In this document: positions 42,913-53,247 of the stretch, piece after piece
How positions within the stretch are numbered: position 1 is the stretch's first letter
Layout of the letters: every line of letters begins with the position of its first letter
IMG/VR virus record: IMGVR_UViG_3300042539_001687
Span: 1-61,602 of that record
Source of the DNA: a virus
Lineage: Duplodnaviria > Caudoviricetes
Direction: 5' to 3' (one strand)
DNA length: 61,602 nucleotides
Notes under the pieces: model-generated
What the model was told of the DNA's origin: nothing
The model's input: the letters and a program-made list of their open reading frames with translations, nothing else
Databases searched by the model: none
Translations under genes and position numbers: made by a program

Positions 42913-44580
42913 GTGGGCTTGTTCGACATGATCGGCGTGGACGGCCGTCGGCTTCCGGCCGCTCCGGAGCGCCCAGCCGGCCCCTCGACTGCGCAGCTAG
43001 AGGCCGAGCAGGCGGCCCTCTACGAGATGAACCGCCTCAGGGGTGCCGTGCCGCCGGTCCGCTTGCCAGCCGAAGAGGTGGGTGCGCTCCGGGCGTACAC
43101 GGAATTCCTGCCGGGCATGAGCGTCGATCGGCCCTCCGGGCTGCGGGTGGCGAAGGACGGCCAGACGCTGTACAGGCCGGCCGTGCCGCTCGCTAATCTC
43201 ATCGACACTCCCGAGCAGGCGGTGTACGGCGCAGCGCCAGGCTACGGTCCGGTCGTGGCCGCCGAGCAGCTAGAGACAGTGTTCGACCGCCTGGAGTCGA
43301 ATCCCGGCTGGTTCAATGCCAAGCAGTTCGGGCGGGAGGCCGCCAAGTATGCGCAGGAGCGCGGCGGGACGGAGCCGGCTCGGCGCGAGTCGCAGTTCCT
43401 GATGTCGCCGGAGCGATACGAGTACATGCAGGCGGGGCCCGGCCGGGCCGTCGACCTGCTCGGGCAACTGCGCGACGACCCTCAGACAGCCCTGCACTTC
43501 TGGAACAGGAGCAAGGATGCCAGAACGACCCGGGACGAGTACGGTGATCCGCTGATGCAGGGGGCCGGATCGAACTACGGCAGGTATCAAGGCGCGGGCG
43601 CTGGGGCACTCGAGCTGCTCGGAAGCCCGCTGTCGCCGATCGGGCGGTACTTGGGCACCCAGTCGATCGTGCCGGCGGCTCTTGCCCACGACACTCGCGG
43701 ATACCCGGGCGGTGCGCGAGACACGCTCGGCATCGCCTATGCGGCGGACCTGGCCAAGCAGCGCTACCGCACCGGCGAAAACCCAATCCTTGACGTGCCC
43801 GAGCGATTGCCTGGCGAGAGCGAGGCCGATCGTGCCGACCGCTGGCGCCGCCGCGAGTCGGAGGTCGTGGGTGACATCGTGGCAATGACACCGCCGGATG
43901 CGGCGGAGATGTCCCGGAACACCTTTGGGGCGGGCACGCCAGAGGTTTCCGGCCGCGTCCTGGAAACGCTGATGGGCTTTGCCGACGCCACCGCTCCCGT
44001 CAGCCTCGCCTCCGCAGCGAAGGCGGCTCCGGGAGCCTGGCTGGCCAAAGAAGCCACCCGAGCTGTCTCTCGCTCCACCGGCTTGCCGATGAACGCTGCC
44101 CGGGCGCAGATGGCAAGGGCTGCCCGGGCGCTGCCCGAGACCGGAATGCTTGGCCAGGGCGCTCGGGTAGCCGGCTACAGGGGCGTGCCGGCAGCGGCTT
44201 ACGCTGAGCAGCTGCGGCGCCCGGGCCTGACCAACTTCCTTCCTGGAGCTTCGGGGAGAGTCGCGAGAGAGGACCTGTTGCCTGACATGGGCGTCGAGGC
44301 CGCGATTAGCTCCACTCTGACACAGCCGCAGCGAACGTGGGGGCAGTTCCTGACCGACCCGGCCATGGACATGCCGGAGAGCGAGTACCAGCAGCTCCTG
44401 GCCGACAGGCGAGCCGCCGCAGAAGACGCTGCGAAGCGCACTGAACTGGCCACCTGGCAGAACCCCAACGAGATCTGGAACGAGTTCAGCAAGGCGCAAG
44501 GCCAGCTCGAGGTTCCTTCGTGGGCGCAAGGCGCGATGCGTGCAGCGCCTGACTCTCTGCGGCGCAAAGTCGCGCGCTAA
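42913..44580 (+). CDS. 555-aa Ala-rich hypothetical protein (possible virion protein)
   Basis: GGGAGG RBS; long ORF preceding the head genes. Confidence 0.65.
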   Translation: MGLFDMIGVDGRRLPAAPERPAGPSTAQLEAEQAALYEMNRLRGAVPPVRLPAEEVGALRAYTEFLPGMSVDRPSGLRVAKDGQTLYRPAVPLANLIDTPEQAVYGAAPGYGPVVAAEQLETVFDRLESNPGWFNAKQFGREAAKYAQERGGTEPARRESQFLMSPERYEYMQAGPGRAVDLLGQLRDDPQTALHFWNRSKDARTTRDEYGDPLMQGAGSNYGRYQGAGAGALELLGSPLSPIGRYLGTQSIVPAALAHDTRGYPGGARDTLGIAYAADLAKQRYRTGENPILDVPERLPGESEADRADRWRRRESEVVGDIVAMTPPDAAEMSRNTFGAGTPEVSGRVLETLMGFADATAPVSLASAAKAAPGAWLAKEATRAVSRSTGLPMNAARAQMARAARALPETGMLGQGARVAGYRGVPAAAYAEQLRRPGLTNFLPGASGRVAREDLLPDMGVEAAISSTLTQPQRTWGQFLTDPAMDMPESEYQQLLADRRAAAEDAAKRTELATWQNPNEIWNEFSKAQGQLEVPSWAQGAMRAAPDSLRRKVAR

Positions 44581-44636
44581 GGTGGCCGGGCGTACACTGG
44601 ACGCCAGCGCCCCATAAACCATTACGGAGTTCCGCC

Positions 44637-45698
44637 ATGAGCGAAGAGACCGTTCTCGATGCTTCCACTGCCGACGTCACTGCAAGCCCGGCAGAGGGCC
44701 AGTCGCCTGCAAGCGAGCCGGCGGCGGGCGGTTCCGGCAGTGCCGACATCTGGTCCTCCTTTCGCTCTCTGCCTGACTTCCAGGGGCAAGACGACACTCA
44801 AATTGCTGGCCGCCTGTACGCGTCGATGGAGCGAGAAAAAGCGGCAACAAAAGCTCTCCAGCAGTACCAGCAGCTCATCCCGTACGCGCAGGAATACCTG
44901 ACCCACCGCGATTCGTTCGACCAGTGGCGGCAGCACCAGAGCCGCGCCCAGCAGGCCCCTGCCCCCCAGGCAGCTCCGGCCTCGCCGCCTGAGCAGCACA
45001 AGTGGTGGAACCCTCCGGAAGTCCGCGACGCCGACCGGCGCTACCTGGTGAAGGACCCGAACGGCCGGGATGCCATCGCTGAGGATGCGCCGCTCCACGT
45101 GCGCGAGCGACTGCTCGAGTACATGCAGTACCGGGCCGACTTTGCCCAGAAGTTCCTCTCGGACCCGCAGGCTGCGCTCGGCCCGATGGTGGAGCAAGTG
45201 GCCGCCGACCGGGCCAGGGAAATCGTCCAGGAGCAAATCCGCGAGGTCAGCGAGGCCAGCTACGTCTCGACCCTAGAGCAGCAGAACCGCGACTGGCTCT
45301 ACGAACAGGACGGCAAGACGCCGTCGCGCGAAGGGCTGATGATTCAGAAGTACATCAATCAGGCCTCTCAGGCGGGCTACGGCACGCCGCAGGAACGCTG
45401 GCAGTTCGCCTGCGACATGGTCGAGCGCGACCTGCTTCGCGAGGTCGTTGAGCAGCGCCAGGCTGCTGCTTCGCGCCCTGCTGCGTTCGCTCCATCAGCG
45501 CCTGCGACTGCTCCATCTGCACCTCTGCAGGCAGCGCCGGCCCAAAATCGCGCCGAGAAGGACATAGAATATTTGAGAAGGGAAGCGAGCAGAAACCCAA
45601 GCAGGTCAGGACCTCCTTCGGATCCTCGAGTCCCTAAGGCTCCCATGACTTTCGAGCAACGTCTCCGGGCCCAGATGGCCCGGGACGGAATCGAGTGA
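44637..45698 (+). CDS. Putative capsid scaffolding protein
   Basis: Acidic disordered N-terminus, helical Q/A-rich body, directly upstream of the capsid gene. Confidence 0.7.
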   Translation: MSEETVLDASTADVTASPAEGQSPASEPAAGGSGSADIWSSFRSLPDFQGQDDTQIAGRLYASMEREKAATKALQQYQQLIPYAQEYLTHRDSFDQWRQHQSRAQQAPAPQAAPASPPEQHKWWNPPEVRDADRRYLVKDPNGRDAIAEDAPLHVRERLLEYMQYRADFAQKFLSDPQAALGPMVEQVAADRAREIVQEQIREVSEASYVSTLEQQNRDWLYEQDGKTPSREGLMIQKYINQASQAGYGTPQERWQFACDMVERDLLREVVEQRQAAASRPAAFAPSAPATAPSAPLQAAPAQNRAEKDIEYLRREASRNPSRSGPPSDPRVPKAPMTFEQRLRAQMARDGIE

Positions 45699-45708
45699 AA
45701 GGTAAACC

Positions 45709-46827
45709 ATGCCGTCGAGCACTGACTGGGCGAGGACAATTGGGACGACGCTGGTCACGCACCTCAAGGAAGAGGAGCAGACCACCTTCCGGAAGTTCAA
45801 GGTCTTCGCCGCCCTGGAGGCAAATGGCAAGGTTGCCATGAACCAGGGAGGTCGGGGCTTCGACTGGCAGGTGCGCTATCGCAACCAGCCTGTCACCTCG
45901 AATAACGGTGAGTCGCCGCGCGTCTTCGCGCGCCACAACCTGTGGCAGCGCGCCTACCTGCCCTATCGCGGCTACACCGTGACGGACCAGGTAACCAAGC
46001 GCGAGATGCTCGAGAATCGCGGCGCACAGGCGCTGATCGACGTCGCTGGCAAGATGGCGAGCCGGCTTCAGGAGTCGATGCAGGAGCACCTGAGCAAGGA
46101 GATCTACATCGACGGGAATGCGACCGGGAATGACAACCGGTGGCATGGCCTCGAGAGCATTTTCGCCATCAACGGCACGGTCAATGTCGGGACGGGTGCG
46201 CAGCGGACCGCCAACGCCGCCGACCCGTTCGGCTTCCCGGCCGATGAGTATGCCGGCCTGAATACCGGACTGGGCTACATCGCCGGCTCGCAGCTCGCGA
46301 CTGGCTCGTGGCCGTACGTCGCCGTCGATCCTGAGTACGACTACTACTCTCCCATCGTGTGCAACTACACGAGCACCTACTTCGGCGGTGCGACGGCGAC
46401 CTGGAAGGATCAGTGCGTCGAGGCGATTCGCGAGGCGGTCCATCACGCCAAGCGGAATGACACGCGCGAGAACCAGATCGACATGATCCTTCTCGACCGG
46501 ACGCTCTACATCCAGTTCCTCAACCGGCTCGACAGCCGGGAACGGGCGATCGTGACCAAGTCGTCCGGCCTTCGGTCCTACGGCTTCGGCGACGTCGTCG
46601 AAATCGACGGCATCGAGGTCTCGACTGAATACGCCGTGCCGTCAGGCGTGGGCTATGGTCTCTCCATCGGCAACATGGAGATGAAGTGCATGGAATCGCA
46701 ACTGATGGTCGCGGAGGGCCCCTACTACAACGAGGAGCTCCAGTCCCATCGGTATGCGGTCTCCGTCCTGGCCAACATCAAGATGAAGAGCCCGCGCAAC
46801 TTCGTGAAGTGGCAGGCCATCGCCTGA
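45709..46827 (+). CDS. Major capsid protein (HK97 fold, inferred)
   Basis: 372 aa; GGRGFDWQVRY, REMLENRGAQALIDV, IYIDG..GLES pattern of podoviral MCPs; strong codon bias; follows the scaffold. Confidence 0.85.
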   Translation: MPSSTDWARTIGTTLVTHLKEEEQTTFRKFKVFAALEANGKVAMNQGGRGFDWQVRYRNQPVTSNNGESPRVFARHNLWQRAYLPYRGYTVTDQVTKREMLENRGAQALIDVAGKMASRLQESMQEHLSKEIYIDGNATGNDNRWHGLESIFAINGTVNVGTGAQRTANAADPFGFPADEYAGLNTGLGYIAGSQLATGSWPYVAVDPEYDYYSPIVCNYTSTYFGGATATWKDQCVEAIREAVHHAKRNDTRENQIDMILLDRTLYIQFLNRLDSRERAIVTKSSGLRSYGFGDVVEIDGIEVSTEYAVPSGVGYGLSIGNMEMKCMESQLMVAEGPYYNEELQSHRYAVSVLANIKMKSPRNFVKWQAIA

Positions 46828-46845
46828 TCTCAAGGAAAGGAAAGC

Positions 46846-47385
46846 ATGAGCACCCTGACTGCTGATCCCGGATTCGCTCGCGGCCAAACGCTGGGCATTA
46901 CCAACACGAACGTCTATGACGCTCAGGTTGGTGATGGCTCCCATCTGCTGGGCGTCCGCAAGACCTTCCGGGACGAGAATCCCAAGACCGGCGCTCTCCT
47001 GAGCAACCACACGGTGGACTGCATCTGCGTCAAGAACACCAGCGGCTCGGCGATCCTGCCGGGCGCGGTGGTCAAGTTCGATGCCGATGCCATCCTCACG
47101 GAGGTGGACGGCGGCGCTGTCGCTGCCACCCTGCTTATGGGCGTGGCGGACGAATACCTCCCGTCGGCCGGTGTGCCGAACAACGAGGTGTTCTGGGTGG
47201 TGGTGAGCGGGCCCTCGACGGTCACCAAGACGGCGACCAGCGTGTCGGCAGGGGCCGCCTACGGCCCGTCGGCGACCGCTGGGTCGGCTGCTGCGCAGGG
47301 CTCCAACGCCCTGCTTGGGTTTGCCATCGCGACCAGCGCCACGACCTCCGGCCGGGTGCTAGTCAAGACGGCGGCCGGATTCTGA
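46846..47385 (+). CDS. Capsid decoration/cement protein (putative)
   Basis: Follows the MCP; VKNTSGSAILPG..GVADEYL..FWVVVSGP. Confidence 0.65.
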   Translation: MSTLTADPGFARGQTLGITNTNVYDAQVGDGSHLLGVRKTFRDENPKTGALLSNHTVDCICVKNTSGSAILPGAVVKFDADAILTEVDGGAVAATLLMGVADEYLPSAGVPNNEVFWVVVSGPSTVTKTATSVSAGAAYGPSATAGSAAAQGSNALLGFAIATSATTSGRVLVKTAAGF

Positions 47386-47410
47386 GTCGGGCCGAGCTGC
47401 AACGATCTGC

Positions 47411-47455
47411 GGGGGCGGGTGCGGCATACAGCCTCACCCGCCCCCTGTGGTTTTA
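47411..47455 (+). terminator. Intrinsic terminator after the capsid genes
   Basis: GGGGGCGGGTG...CACCCGCCCCC followed by TGTGGTTTT. Confidence 0.65.
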
Positions 47456-47479
47456 TGGTATGCTGTACGGCTGAACAGC

Positions 47480-48169
47480 ATGGATGCGCAGCAGGCCAAG
47501 ACGTGCAAGGATTGCGGGAAAAACCTGCCGGCCTCGACGCTGCACTTCCGCAAGCGGAAGGATGGCTCTCTCGACATTCGCTGCCTGGTCTGCCGGCGGT
47601 CAAAGCTGCGAGGGAAGCGCAAAAAAGAGGACGCCCGCTCCCTCCGGGACATCGAGGTGGGCGCAGTCGCCAGCTTCATGACGGCGGCCACGACCGGCGG
47701 GGAGAGCATTCCGCACAGCTGCGAGGTCCTGGAGCGGCTGATGGAGTACTTCGGGGGCGTCAGCGGATTCACCTCGCTCCTGGTCAAGCAGTACTTCGAC
47801 AGCCCGGCCGGCGGAGCCACCCGCACCAAGATGCTGGACTCCGTCCTGCGGCTGGTGGTGAAAAACACCGACCAGGGTGGAGCCAAGAAGCCGATGGGCC
47901 AGTGGACAGACGACGAGCTGGAGTCCGAGCTGGACGGCCGGCTGCGCGCCCTGGCGGCGCAGTTTCAGGGGAGGATCGTTGATGGCACGCTCTCGCAGGA
48001 AGAAGCCGCAGGCCCCGCCACCGCTGCCGTCCGTCGCGAAGCTCAGCGGCTTCCAGGCCCAGCAGCTGAAGGAAATCCAGGCCGAGCTGGCCGACCGAAG
48101 AGTCGAGGCCCTAAAGCTGTACGAACCGACGCCCCTGCAGGCGGAGATGCACGCCTGCCGGGCGAGTGA
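47480..48169 (+). CDS. terS: Putative terminase small subunit with N-terminal Zn finger
   Basis: CKDC..F..CLVC; WTDDELESEL motif; overlaps the start of terL. Confidence 0.6.
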   Translation: MDAQQAKTCKDCGKNLPASTLHFRKRKDGSLDIRCLVCRRSKLRGKRKKEDARSLRDIEVGAVASFMTAATTGGESIPHSCEVLERLMEYFGGVSGFTSLLVKQYFDSPAGGATRTKMLDSVLRLVVKNTDQGGAKKPMGQWTDDELESELDGRLRALAAQFQGRIVDGTLSQEEAAGPATAAVRREAQRLPGPAAEGNPGRAGRPKSRGPKAVRTDAPAGGDARLPGE

Positions 48170-49673
48170 GGTGATCGTGCTGGGCGGTAATCGCTCCGGC
48201 AAGTCCTTGTCCACGTTTGTCGAGGACGCCCGCGCCGTCACTGGCAACGACCCGCACAAGAAGTACCCCGAGCGGGACGGCAATCTGGTGATCATTGGCC
48301 GGGACTGGAAGCACATCGGCATGGTGGTCTATCCCATGCTGTTCCGGGCTGGCGCCTTCAAGATGATCAAGGACGAGAAGACGGGGGCCTGGCGGGCATA
48401 CAACCCGGCCCGCGACAAGGCCCGAGCCGCAGAGGCCAAGCTGGCGCCTCCCCTGATCCCGCCGCGCATGGTCAAGAAGATCAGCTGGCTGCTCAAGAGC
48501 GCCCGTTACGTCCAGAGCGCCGAGCTGACTAACGGCTGGACGATCTACTTCTTCAGCTCCGAAGGCGAGCCCCCGCAGGGCTTTCAGGCCGACCGCGTCC
48601 ACATCGACGAGGACTTGGCGTCAGAGGCCTGGCTTCCGGAAATGCAGGCCCGGCTGGCGGACCGCAAGGGGCGGCTGTGCTGGAGCGCGATGCCCCACAG
48701 CAAGAATGACTCGCTGGCCGGCCTGTCAGAGCGCGCCGACAACGCCGTCCAGGCCGGCAACCCCAACCCGGACATCGTCAAGTTCGTCCTCCGGTTCCTC
48801 GACAATCCCCATATTGACGAGGACGAGAAGCGCAAGAATATCGAGCGCTGGTCGGCGCTGGGCGAGGACGTGCTGCGGATGCGCAGTGAGGGCGAGTTCG
48901 TCACGGACTCGATCCTCTGCTACCCCACCTTCACCATGGCGGTCCATGGGTACGAGCGGTCGGAGCTACCCAAGAACGTCGTCCCGGACGACTGGACCCG
49001 CTATGCCGCTATCGACCCGGGTCACGTTGTGACATCGGTCATCTTTGGGGCCGTTCCGCCCGACGAGTCGATGCTCCTGGTCTACGACCAGCTCTACATC
49101 CGGCAGTGCAATGCCGTGATCTTCGGAGAAAAGTTCGCCGAGAAGACGAAGGGGCAGTCCTTCCACGCCTTCATCATTGACATGCACGGCGGGCGGATCC
49201 GGGAAATCGGCTCAGGCCGCCTCCCGGTCGAGCTGTACACCGAGCAGCTCCGCCAGCGCAATGTCGCTAGTGCTGTCACTGGCAGCAGTTTTCTTGCGGG
49301 CTGTGATGACATTCAGGCCCGGATGGCGGCCACCCAGAGCTACATGCACATCCGCCCGGAGGGCACGCCACAGCTGCGCATCCTGCGGGGCGCTGTGCCC
49401 GACCTGGAGCGGGAGATAAAGCGCTACAAGAAGAAGGTGAACTACCTGGCCGGCACCTACGTGGTCACTGACGAGCCGAACACGCGCGGCGAGGTCCACG
49501 CCTGCCAGTGCCTCGAGTATCTCTGCGCTTACAGGCCCCGATACCACAAGCCTAAGGTCGCGCTTGCAGAAGAGCCCTGGTACGTTGAGTGGAAGCGCCG
49601 GCGCGCTAAGCGACTCGGCGGAGAAGGCTTCGTCTATCTGGGTCCAACAACGGGAGTTCCTCATGGTCATTGA
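47982..49673 (+). CDS. terL: Terminase large subunit
   Basis: GGNRSGKS Walker A, VHIDED Walker B, SAMP, DNPHI, AIDPG nuclease motif. Confidence 0.93.
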   Translation: MARSRRKKPQAPPPLPSVAKLSGFQAQQLKEIQAELADRRVEALKLYEPTPLQAEMHACRASEVIVLGGNRSGKSLSTFVEDARAVTGNDPHKKYPERDGNLVIIGRDWKHIGMVVYPMLFRAGAFKMIKDEKTGAWRAYNPARDKARAAEAKLAPPLIPPRMVKKISWLLKSARYVQSAELTNGWTIYFFSSEGEPPQGFQADRVHIDEDLASEAWLPEMQARLADRKGRLCWSAMPHSKNDSLAGLSERADNAVQAGNPNPDIVKFVLRFLDNPHIDEDEKRKNIERWSALGEDVLRMRSEGEFVTDSILCYPTFTMAVHGYERSELPKNVVPDDWTRYAAIDPGHVVTSVIFGAVPPDESMLLVYDQLYIRQCNAVIFGEKFAEKTKGQSFHAFIIDMHGGRIREIGSGRLPVELYTEQLRQRNVASAVTGSSFLAGCDDIQARMAATQSYMHIRPEGTPQLRILRGAVPDLEREIKRYKKKVNYLAGTYVVTDEPNTRGEVHACQCLEYLCAYRPRYHKPKVALAEEPWYVEWKRRRAKRLGGEGFVYLGPTTGVPHGH

Positions 49674-50001
49674 CTACGCGCCGCCGACCGTCCGTCTCGG
49701 AGACACCGTCTACTGGTATCAGGATCCGGCCACGCTGGCCGAGCCGCAGCTGGGCTGGGTGTGCGCCCGCCCGGGCAGCGTGACGGTCACTCTGCTGGTG
49801 TTCGCTCCCGGAGTGGGCTTCGTGGAGAAGCCGAGCGTGCGCTACAAGGACGATCCGGGCCTGAAGGAGAACCCGGCCTGGCGCTCATGGGGATGCTGGG
49901 ACTTCAGCGAAGCGCACAAGGACCTGGCCCGCACCCAGCACGTAGCCACCCAGATGGCCATTTCCCACGAGCGCAAGGCGAAAACCGATGGCGGCAAATG
50001 A
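49663..50001 (+). CDS. Hypothetical protein
   Basis: GGGAG RBS; lies between terL and the portal. Confidence 0.7.
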   Translation: MVIDYAPPTVRLGDTVYWYQDPATLAEPQLGWVCARPGSVTVTLLVFAPGVGFVEKPSVRYKDDPGLKENPAWRSWGCWDFSEAHKDLARTQHVATQMAISHERKAKTDGGK

Positions 50002-52003
50002 CACCGGCGAAGACGTCCTGAAGGCCATTTCTTCCGGCTGGCTCAAGAAGATTGAGCTGGGCCTGAAGCACAAGCGCCCCTTTTCGCAGGACGCCCGCGA
50101 AGCCATGGACTTCTTCGATGGCCCGCACAACTGGTTTTGGAAGGAGGAGTACTCCCGGAGCGAGTACGGCTACAACCGCTCCATCTCTCCGCCGGGATTC
50201 CGGATGCAGCTAAACCGCGTGTTTGAGGTAGTCAAGCTGTTCGCCAGCGTGATCTACCACCGCAACCCGGTCCGGCAGGTTTCGCCCAAGAGCTTCCCGG
50301 AAGTCCCTCCGGAGGCGCTGGGGTTGGATCCCAACAACCCGGAGGTGGTGCAGCAGTTCCAGATGGCCCTTGAGGAGACGGCTACGCGCGATCAGATCCG
50401 GCGGGTCGTGGCCTCGCTCCTGTCGGCCTACCTGAACTACACACCGAACGAGCTGGGGCTGAAGACCCACAGCCGGCGGGCCGTCGACGAGTCGATCATC
50501 AAAGGCGGCGGGGTCTGGTGGACGGAGCTGGTGACCGATCCCGGCAACCAGCTGCGCTCGGTGGGGAGCTTTGCGGACTCGGTGGACAACCTGGTCCTGG
50601 ATCCCGACGCCACAGAGATCGAGGACATCACCTGGTGCGCCCGCAAGTGCGTGCACCCCATTGACGTCGTGGCGCGCCAATACGGCGTCGACCCGGAGCT
50701 GCTGCGCGGCAACCTCGAGGGCCGGACGTCCGCCCCGCTCGAGGACGCCTACGCAGACCGCCGGGCAGGCGACGATAAGGGCACGGGCCGCCGGGTCGGC
50801 AAGACCAACGACCTGATGACCTACTGGAAGGTCTGGAGCAAGACCGGCTTCGGCGACCGGCTCAAGGACGCCCCGAAGGAAAAGCGCGGCTTCTTCGATG
50901 CCGTCGGAGAAAACGCCTACATCGTGGTGGCGGACGGCGTGCCGTTTCCGCTCAACGTCTCGCCAGACATTCTGGCCGAGCAGGTAGATGAGGCAACCGG
51001 CCTGCCGGAGTCCATGTTCCGGGCCGTGCAGTGGCCGATCCCCTACTGGGCCGAAAGCAACGGCTGGCCCTTCACGATGCTGGCCTTCCACCGCAAGCCC
51101 GGCTACGTCTGGCCGGTGAGCCACATCAAGCCGGGCATTCCCGAGCTGCGCTTCCTGTGCTGGGCGTTTTCCTTCCTGGCGCAGCGCGTGGCCGTAAGCT
51201 GCGAGACCCTGATTGGCGTGTCGAAGGCCGCCGACCAGGACATCAAGGACCAGATCCTGTCGCAGTCGCAGGGCGGGTTCAAGATCGTGGAGCTGAGCGA
51301 GATTCTGGGGCGCAGCGTGTCCGACGTGATCTCGGTGTTCCAGCTGCCCAACGCCACCAACGAGATCTGGAACGTCATCAGCGCCGTCACGGACATGCTC
51401 GAGAAGCGGCTGGGCCTGACAGAGCTGGTCTACGGCATGACCAATACCCAGATCAGATCAGCCACAGAGGCTAACGTCCGCGCCGAGCAGATCAGCATCC
51501 GCCCGGACGACATGGCCGAGTGCGTCGAGAATGCCATGACAGAGCTGGCTCGCAAGGAGGCCCTGGCGGCCCGGTGGCTGCTGACGCCGCAGGACGTGGC
51601 TCCCATTGTGGGCCCGCTTGGCGCGGTGGCGTGGGAGCAGCACGTCATGGCAATGGAGCCCATCCAGGTCGCCCGGGAGTACGAATACCGGATCGAGTCT
51701 GGCAGCGCCCGGAAGCCCAACAAGGCTACCCGGGCGGAGCAAATGCAGGCGGCCCTGCAGAATCTGGGGCCGGTCCTGAGCGGCCTGATCGGCTCCGGGA
51801 TCGTGGATCCGTTCAACGCCCTCGTCAAAGACTGGGCCGACTCGCTGGACCTGGATGCCACGCCCTACCTGGTGCCGCCTCCCCCTCCACCACCTCCACC
51901 CCCAGAAATGATGCCGCCAGGCGCGCCGCCGCCAGAGGGACTACCGCCGGATGGCATGCCCCCAGAGGCCGTTCCGCAGCTCCCGCCGGAGATGATGGCA
52001 TGA
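49988..52003 (+). CDS. Portal protein
   Basis: 671 aa after terL; LVLDPDA, LGLTELVYG..RSATEA, EYEYRIESGS; Pro-rich tail. Confidence 0.85.
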   Translation: MAANDTGEDVLKAISSGWLKKIELGLKHKRPFSQDAREAMDFFDGPHNWFWKEEYSRSEYGYNRSISPPGFRMQLNRVFEVVKLFASVIYHRNPVRQVSPKSFPEVPPEALGLDPNNPEVVQQFQMALEETATRDQIRRVVASLLSAYLNYTPNELGLKTHSRRAVDESIIKGGGVWWTELVTDPGNQLRSVGSFADSVDNLVLDPDATEIEDITWCARKCVHPIDVVARQYGVDPELLRGNLEGRTSAPLEDAYADRRAGDDKGTGRRVGKTNDLMTYWKVWSKTGFGDRLKDAPKEKRGFFDAVGENAYIVVADGVPFPLNVSPDILAEQVDEATGLPESMFRAVQWPIPYWAESNGWPFTMLAFHRKPGYVWPVSHIKPGIPELRFLCWAFSFLAQRVAVSCETLIGVSKAADQDIKDQILSQSQGGFKIVELSEILGRSVSDVISVFQLPNATNEIWNVISAVTDMLEKRLGLTELVYGMTNTQIRSATEANVRAEQISIRPDDMAECVENAMTELARKEALAARWLLTPQDVAPIVGPLGAVAWEQHVMAMEPIQVAREYEYRIESGSARKPNKATRAEQMQAALQNLGPVLSGLIGSGIVDPFNALVKDWADSLDLDATPYLVPPPPPPPPPPEMMPPGAPPPEGLPPDGMPPEAVPQLPPEMMA

Positions 52004-52545
52004 GCGACCTCCCATACGACATCTCCGTAGCGGGCCCGGACGTCCAGGCGCACTACCGCAAGCTCGTCAGCGCCGGCCAGACCCCGCGCTTCGCCGAAAT
52101 GGCCGCCTTGCAGCAGCCACCCGGCACGCGAGGCACGGACAGGGCCTTCATGCAGGGCCGCCTCAATAACCAGCAGTTCGCCGACATGAACAGCCCGCTG
52201 GCCCAGCGGATGCTCCGCGAGGCCAAAGCCGCCGGAATCTCCACCAGCGGCCGGTTCTACATGGGCGGCCTGGCCGACAAGCGCGCGCATCTGGATCCAA
52301 AGGCGTGGGTCGACAGCGTGGCGGACATAAAGAAGGTGGCGCAGGAGCGCGACCTGCACGTGCAGGGCATCGTCGAATACACCCCGCCCGAGAAGCCGCC
52401 CAAGAAGAGTGTCGACATTGCCCCCGACATCCTCCGGGAGCAGGTCCGCAAGGAGATCAAGGCCAACCCCTCGCTCAAGCGCCAGGACGCGATCGAGCGG
52501 GTCAAGGACCGAATTGTTCCCCACTGGAAGCGCAAGGCTAGGTAG
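52000..52545 (+). CDS. Hypothetical protein
   Basis: ATGA overlap with the portal stop; 181 aa ending VKDRIVPHWKRKAR. Confidence 0.75.
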   Translation: MSDLPYDISVAGPDVQAHYRKLVSAGQTPRFAEMAALQQPPGTRGTDRAFMQGRLNNQQFADMNSPLAQRMLREAKAAGISTSGRFYMGGLADKRAHLDPKAWVDSVADIKKVAQERDLHVQGIVEYTPPEKPPKKSVDIAPDILREQVRKEIKANPSLKRQDAIERVKDRIVPHWKRKAR

Positions 52546-52548
52546 ACC

Positions 52549-52812
52549 GTGCAAGACAAGGACTTCAAGGCCGACATCCACAGCAGGACGGCGGCAGACT
52601 GGACGCTAGAGAATCCCTTCCTCCCCAAGAATGACCTTGGCGTCGAGATGGATACCGGCCGCATGAAGCTCGGAGTGGGCCAGCGATGGGCGTCCACGAA
52701 TCACCTTCCGCCGCCCGGGTTCGTGGGCTTCACGAACATCGTCGCCCTGACGCAGGCGGCGTACACCGCACTCGCCGTGAAAGACCCCCAGACCCTCTAC
52801 ATCATCACCTAG
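52549..52812 (+). CDS. Short fibre-associated protein (Mtd/hyaluronidase N-terminal-like motif + tail repeat)
   Basis: TAADWTLENP.L..DLGVEMDTGRMKLG.G..W and LTQAAYTALAVKDPQTLYII. Confidence 0.65.
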   Translation: MQDKDFKADIHSRTAADWTLENPFLPKNDLGVEMDTGRMKLGVGQRWASTNHLPPPGFVGFTNIVALTQAAYTALAVKDPQTLYIIT

Positions 52813-52813
52813 C

Positions 52814-53212
52814 ATGGCTGCGGCAGTCGGCACAACCAGCGTCCTTTTTCGCGTCGGCAGCGGCTCGCCGTCGAAGGTGTTCCTGGGCAGCGCGTCGGTG
52901 CAGAGCGTGCCAGGCGCGCCGGAAATGATCGAATGCTGTGCCGATGTCAACTCGCTGGTGGTGTTCTACCCGCCCACTGACGGTGGCTCCCCTATCTTGG
53001 ATTATGAAGTCTGGGTCGATAACGCACCGCTGGACGACTACGCCCAAGGCGCCGTTGTCACCGGCCCCGTGTACGACCCTAACTCTCCTGCTGGCTCGCT
53101 GACAATCACCGTTGAGGGCGAGTCCTTCGACGGCCTGGATGTGTCGGTGCGCGCCCGCAATGCTATCGGCTACGGCCCGCTGGCCGCTGACATTGTCGGC
53201 CAAGTCTGCTAA
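52814..53212 (+). CDS. FN3-like domain protein
   Basis: VPGAP..PPTDGGSPILDYEV..VSVRARNAIGYGP. Confidence 0.7.
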   Translation: MAAAVGTTSVLFRVGSGSPSKVFLGSASVQSVPGAPEMIECCADVNSLVVFYPPTDGGSPILDYEVWVDNAPLDDYAQGAVVTGPVYDPNSPAGSLTITVEGESFDGLDVSVRARNAIGYGPLAADIVGQVC

Positions 53213-53247
53213 CGGCTTCACATCACCCTACTCTTGCGACATTCACC